DNA from: Glaucostegus cemiculus
Taxonomy: Eukaryota
Reading direction: 5' to 3'
DNA: 64,000 nucleotides
Assembly: GCA_976551045.1 (NCBI GenBank)
Contig: CDPCPM010000050.1
Location: forward strand, 10,664,001-10,728,000
Positions within the stretch are counted from its first letter, which is position 1. Each line of letters starts with the position of its first letter. The notes below the pieces were generated by a model. It saw only the letters and a program-made list of their open reading frames with translations. It ran no database searches and was not told the origin of the DNA. This document shows positions 50,849-64,000 of this stretch, in pieces. The translations under genes and the position numbers were made by a program.

Positions 50849-53800
50849 ATGATCCACTTTCATTGTTGCTATACAGTATGATCCAATTAAATAAAGTTCA
50901 AAAACTGCCTTATATGAAGCCAAAGTAAATTCATGGTTTCAATTTCATTGCCAATTCTATGCATTTCTTAAATAAATGGCACTCCTTACACAGGGAATAC
51001 TTCCTTAGAAGAACACCAGTGATACTGCAGTTTTATGACAGACGTCAAAATGCTATCAGTCTGGGACAAGCATTCAAGTGATACACATAATCAGTCCCAT
51101 TTTATGTTTTTCACTGTATAGAGATGTCCAGAAATATCTGAGTATCATTTCTCAACTTGGGATTGAAAAATGCTTTCAAAATGATGTGCTATTTACTTTA
51201 TTTGTTGAAAAGTAAGATGGGTTTAATTCCCTGAAGAATGGTATTAATACTGGAGGGGAGCCAGTGATTAATTCTGCAATAAAACTTGCATCCTATTTGT
51301 ACAAGAAAGCTACACACAGATTCGAAACACAAGATGAGCACGTCTGAACAACTTTTCTTAGACTATAATTCCTTATATTTTAGGGTAAACAATATTATTT
51401 CTCAGAGTGGATGCATTGTTTTAATTCTTCACCAATTAGAGCACAGAGGATTGGTTTAATTTAGGTATCATACTTGTTTATTTACCTTCAGCACCGTCAT
51501 GCTTAAATATCATAATCTTGATCATCGGATATGCCAAGAGACGATATGAGTACTTGAGCTTGTTTACGCTTGAAATAAAATAGTTCGGATTTTTTTTTAC
51601 CAAGGCCAAGATCAATTGCACACATTTGAGGTATAGGGCTGCTTATTTTTGCTTAAACTCGAGTAGATCGGGTGCTTACTTTTCCAGACATGCCATGGAT
51701 AGGAGATTAATATTTCAGCATTCGCAATGTTTCATTACCGAAGCTTTTGAGAATAGCTACAGAAAACCATTGCAAGTGTCAGTGATGGTGATTCAGTGAA
51801 CATGCTAAACTTTAAAGGGCTTGGCACAATAGGAATCAGAGGCAAACTGGACAGAGTAGTATGCAAGTGAAAAGCTTTCCTGTCGGAAAACAAAGCTGCC
51901 ATTTCATTTCGCGAAGCGTTCTGTTCGCTCTTTATTGATAGAAAATGAAAAACCAGTTAGCTATTTTAAGAAGCACACAAATTATTGGTACGAAAACTGC
52001 AGCAAATATCAGTCATTCTTCCAGCACTTATTACGCCTTTATGTTAAAAGATGACTCTAGGCACCTCCGCGGAAAAAATATCCACTGATTCCTAAAGCCG
52101 GTAAAACATCTGCTTAAAATTTGCTTAGTTAAAAACAATCACCAATAATTGCTGTCAGTTCTAAAAGACCAAATGTCTACAAGGCCATGTGTACTTTTGA
52201 GCTCCCCTCATGCAAGTAACTATATAACGAAATACATATCCTAGCTTTGTTTAATCCTTCACATCGCATCACGAAAATACCGCAAAAGATTACGTTATAA
52301 GTTCCCTACATATGTGTGCTTGTGTGAGTTCTGTCACCACTTACCTCCAAAAATCAATCTAAGAATTTCAACACAAGCTGATTGGTGCGACTATAAAACA
52401 CAATTTGATGGTAAAATGAGATAAAAAGTCACCTTGCCGTTTAATGTGGTAGGTCTTGTCATACTCGATCTGCGAGAAACGCATCAGCAATAATGTTGCC
52501 GGCAGTTCTTAATGTATCAGCCCTTTCTTTGCACAGCGTTTCTGTAGCGAAAAGCACACAAAGAAAGCATTGATACAGTAGTTAGTTACCTAGAATAAGT
52601 TACGCACGGAAACTCCAATTAGTTTAATTTCCACAAGAAAAAATATTTTCGACGGACATCTCATCGCAATGTCCAAATCATTATTTGGTTTAAAACGTAA
52701 TTAAGACTGTTATGCTTAGATAAAAGGACGTTGGTCATTATCCAAAGGCTACTTAGCTATTTTGCCAGAAACATGTTTCTAAATGAAAATTGACAAACGG
52801 ATGATCACACGTAACGTGCGGCGGTTTGTGAAAAAGGCTTAAACCAGCTGGCGCCAACGTCGGTCTATAGCCCAAAAATCATGCAGTCTGGAACGAGACA
52901 ACTTTTGACGATAGGTACAAAATTCGTGCTCTGCCACTAAATCAGTTGATCGATAATTGAAGCGGCTGTCAAGGGAACAGCGAGCTCCGTTTGGCTTTTT
53001 TTTGTTTTATGAACCCGAGAATACTACTACTTGCAGAAGTTAGGAATTAAGTTCATGAACTTTATCATAAGAGTAATATATTTACAACACTAGAAAGAAT
53101 CAGGAAGCCATTGCGGTATATTTAGTCATCGGAAAAGGACCTGAGTTACACGCTTAGAATGAGCTGTAGTAGGAGAGGTGTGATCACTTTTGCAATGAGT
53201 GGTGCTGTTTTGATAAGGGGAAGGGGAAAAGTGCAGTAAATGGCAGGGGATGGTGAGAAGGGCGGCGGGACTATGAAAAAGACAACGAGATGAATGGACT
53301 GAAGACAGAAAGTGAGATAGCACCGTGGGTCGGCAACAATAAAGATGTTCAAAGATGAAGGCCAAATCCGAGTTGCAAGCAAACTGCCATTTGTTATGCA
53401 ATATGGCAGATGCCATTCCAATGTGCAGTGTAGCAGCTACAACTGCTGCTTTTAGTAAAATGCAGAACATAAACTACGTGTTTAAAATGTACTTGTTTCA
53501 ATGGACAACCGAGAGAGAATATCTACAATGTATTTCTGCTGACCTTTGTCCCAATGTAGTATAAACAAGTATGCTGATTATATCTTTCTGCTGCCCTGCA
53601 TCACGATTTCCGAGACTTCAAGCGTACATAGTGCACATATACATTTTGATTACATCTATTAAAAATCAGTTTAATATGAACTTTGCAATAATTAGTCAGG
53701 TGCCTAAACTAGTTTATTTTACTCGTGAGAATTCGCTTGTATTTTAATATTTGGATTCCCTCCATACTGTAGAGAATTCTAACACCTGCATTGATATAGG

Positions 53801-54843
53801 ATTACAACAGCGGCTAGTTCATTACAACTGGCCGTCATCAGAATAACAAGCGTACCCCGCAGTGTAAACTTATTTAGTAACACATTCGTTAAATTGGAAT
53901 AACTCGCGAATGAGCTGAAAAGTTTCGGAAGGAATAAGCATGTAATCGGCACTAGCTGGACCTCACACACACTAACAGAATATTTACAAGAAACTTGCCA
54001 ATGTAAACGTGACCGCTTTCTCAGATAAACAGTAATCAACAAACCTCTGTATCATTTCGGGCTATAGCTCTGTCTGCTTATAGTTAATGAAGTGAGGTGA
54101 CTGGTTGCACAGCCACTTCAGAGCGACTCGGTGCTGGCGTAAATGCTTTCAAAGCCATTTTAATTTTCACATCAGTGCACTTACTAGGTTTAAAGCTCTG
54201 ACGGCTAACAAGTAGCTTGCGGTATTGGCGAATGTTTAACTAAGATGGCTAGCCATCAATTCCCTTTTGTTTGCTTGCAAATTAATCATCCTATACGTAG
54301 TTGGCGCCAGTGTAGATTTATCACACACAGGAGGGTGAATGAGTCGGGCGAGGAGAGACAAAGAGAGTTCGCACCTTCCTGCTTTTGATCCTAGATTAGT
54401 CCACCCTAACGCTTCATAATACGAGTCTCTAGGGTGCTTAGCCTGGGAGGTCACTCATAATTGGCGGAAGTTAGTGCAAACGTTTTAAAATGTTACATTA
54501 TAACGCATATTTCATAAATATTTATAACCTCAACTGAGTCATTTCCAACACAATATTTTAGAAACTTATTATTTTGTAAAGAATATATCTGAACACCCTT
54601 CTTGGCACAAATACTGTTATATGGAATGTTTAAAACGGTGATTATAAGTTAAAGAACGCAGAGATCCGAGCAGGATCTCCCTTTGTCAAGATGTCAAACA
54701 AAAATGCACACGCATAGGTTCAGGGGAACTCGCCTTGAAGAGAATCTGACGGCTTCCAAATCTCCACACAGGTCAGACAAGTGCTGTGCTTTAGGCATCC
54801 GCGGCTTAAGGAGGGAGCCAAGGGCTCACAACACGACAGGAGC

Positions 54844-54850
54844 AGAGAGA

Positions 54851-54901
<51 letters not shown>
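54844..54901. repeat. (GA)n microsatellite in the TBX3 promoter region
   Basis: Read directly from the sequence; one GATA interruption. Confidence 0.95.
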
Positions 54902-54902
<1 letters not shown>

Positions 54903-55225
54903 AAAACAAAAAAAAACCGGGAAGCCAATGAGACGTCGTTAGATCGCTGGCTACAGCCGCGGAGCTTGGTGGTGGTCAGAGCGAGCTTTTCGTCAGGATA
55001 TACTCACAGATCAGGGAGGCGATATTTTGGTTAAAAAAAAACGAAAAGTGATACGCGACGGTAGTTACAACTCGACGTCAGCAGGCTGGCGCCAAGCGCC
55101 CTTAAACATGTGCGTCCAAAATGCAATGTTACAAGAGCTAATCACTTTAGATGTTCCGCTCCTATCTCCGTGCATTCAGCCGATGTGATTGCTTTGCAGT
55201 TACAAATCTTTTTGCAGCAGCTCTC

Positions 55226-55252
55226 AGAGAGAGCGAGAGAGAGAGAGAGAGA
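55226..55252. repeat. (GA)n microsatellite in the TBX3 promoter/5'UTR
   Basis: Read directly from the sequence. Confidence 0.9.
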
Positions 55253-56119
55253 AAGTGTCCTTAGTCTTTAAGCTACAGCAGCCCATCAGGCGCCATGTCC
55301 TGATAATTAAATCACCTCGTTAAATGAGGCTCTTTTTGTTTTTGTTGTTGAAAGCACTGCCAATAAATAAATACAATTAAAGCGCTGGACATATCACGGC
55401 CTTGCCCGCTTTTGTTACAGCACATTAAATGTCGAGCTCGCTCTGTGCCGCAGGGCCCGGGGAAGAGGACGAAGGAGCACAAAATCGCCATGAATAAAAA
55501 TAAATGGCAATCGCCCAAATCTGACATGTTAAGACGTTGGCGGCGGCCGATTAGTGTGAAGGGAGAAGTGATGTTTCGGAGGCAGCGCGTAACGGCGAGA
55601 ATGGGGCAGCGGGGCGGTCTGGCGCAGACCCTGGCTTGCCTGCGGAGAGACAGATGATTTCTTGCCCATTTCCTGGTAGTCAATGGTGGGTGAAGCCACC
55701 TGAGGCGGCCCTGTGTGCTCCCATTGGCTGTCGCCTCCTCTACTCCCCCCTCCCCATAATGATGTTGACATATTCACACGGCTGAAGTAGTGATGCTCGC
55801 TGTACGTTACAGTTTCCGACACCTTCTTTTTATAACTCATCTATCCCCGGCTTTAGTTGTCAAAACCACGCCTATGGAGCCACACAATTGGTCCGAAAGC
55901 GTCAAATAGCCAATCAACAGGGCTCAGCTATTCGCAACACGCACACATACACACACACACATACAGAAAGATCAGAGTTGACTGTTTGGGGAGATGCACC
56001 TCGGCTCTGCCACCGCCAACCAGTCTTACTTTCTGTTAATGTGAAGAAAAGAAACAATAATATTATCAGTAATAATGCCGTGCATATAAGTGGTCGTGCG
56101 ACAGAGATCGGGGGAGTGA

Positions 56120-63618
<7,499 letters not shown>

Positions 63619-64000
63619 TAAGGATGGTGATAGCCGAAAGCCACGAGGCTTTGCATGTCACACACGTATTATCTGGTTTCTTTTTTAATGCTAGTGTAGA
63701 GCCTTGATCATATCGAGTTTCCCAGATTAGCAACAAAAAGTAGCCGAAAAGTGGAAGATGGGAGTTTCCAGACACCATTGGTAGTTGGGTTGTAGATGTC
63801 AATCTGCTTTTCATATATATGCAATAACAGAAGGAAACGGAGACTATTATAAAGTATTTATGTAATTATTTGATAACGTGTAAATATACTGAAATTAGAA
63901 TACTCGAAATTATTCTTTAATTTATTGTTGGTGTACATACATCTGTATATAAGGCTCCAAGCCTTTATTCGTTAGTCATACCCATTTCAATACAACTCCT
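63619..64000 (+). other. TBX3: Proximal TBX3 3'UTR (continues beyond the window)
   Basis: Follows the stop codon; AU-rich. I saw no AATAAA before the window end. Confidence 0.75.

Larger units (their letters stand above)
54800..56119 (+). promoter_or_regulatory. TBX3 promoter / 5'UTR, CpG-island-like
   Basis: CpG/GC-rich stretch directly upstream of the ATG. CCAAT boxes (gccaatg ~54923, attgg ~55722 and ~55887, gccaatc ~55909), GC box ggggcgg 55611, CRE-like gacgtc ~54932 and ~55074, GGCGCC sites. The TSS cannot be placed from sequence. Confidence 0.7.

Noticed and set aside
286-55840. The many 60-150 aa ORFs upstream of TBX3
   Set aside because: No recognisable domains except TE relics; many are low-complexity or use non-ATG starts; no consistent exon chain.

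Overview
Eukaryotic (vertebrate) genomic DNA, AT-rich. The repeat families (V-SINE/HE1-like and Deu-domain SINEs, CR1, L2, L1, Penelope-like elements, Harbinger) suggest a cartilaginous fish, probably a ray or shark; this is inference. There is one protein-coding gene: a complete 7-exon TBX3 on the + strand, join(56120..56511,57698..57965,59073..59219,60731..60807,61188..61351,61854..62515,63157..63618), 2172 nt, 723 aa, with all introns GT-AG and phase-consistent. The upstream ~55 kb has no genes. About 1-31 kb is CpG-depleted and full of decayed, nested transposons. From ~31 kb to the end the sequence is CpG-retaining and transposon-poor, like a DNA-methylation valley over a developmental transcription factor. 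Nearly all other listed ORFs are spurious. I found no convincing new multi-gene system. The most interesting signals are: TSD-flanked foldback Penelope-derived elements with hammerhead-ribozyme-like cores; the methylation-valley footprint; and layered TBX3 regulatory features (uORFs, a weak exon-5 donor with a possible poison donor, Smad-type motifs, and Pumilio/miRNA sites in the 3'UTR). All repeat boundaries are approximate and were assigned by eye.
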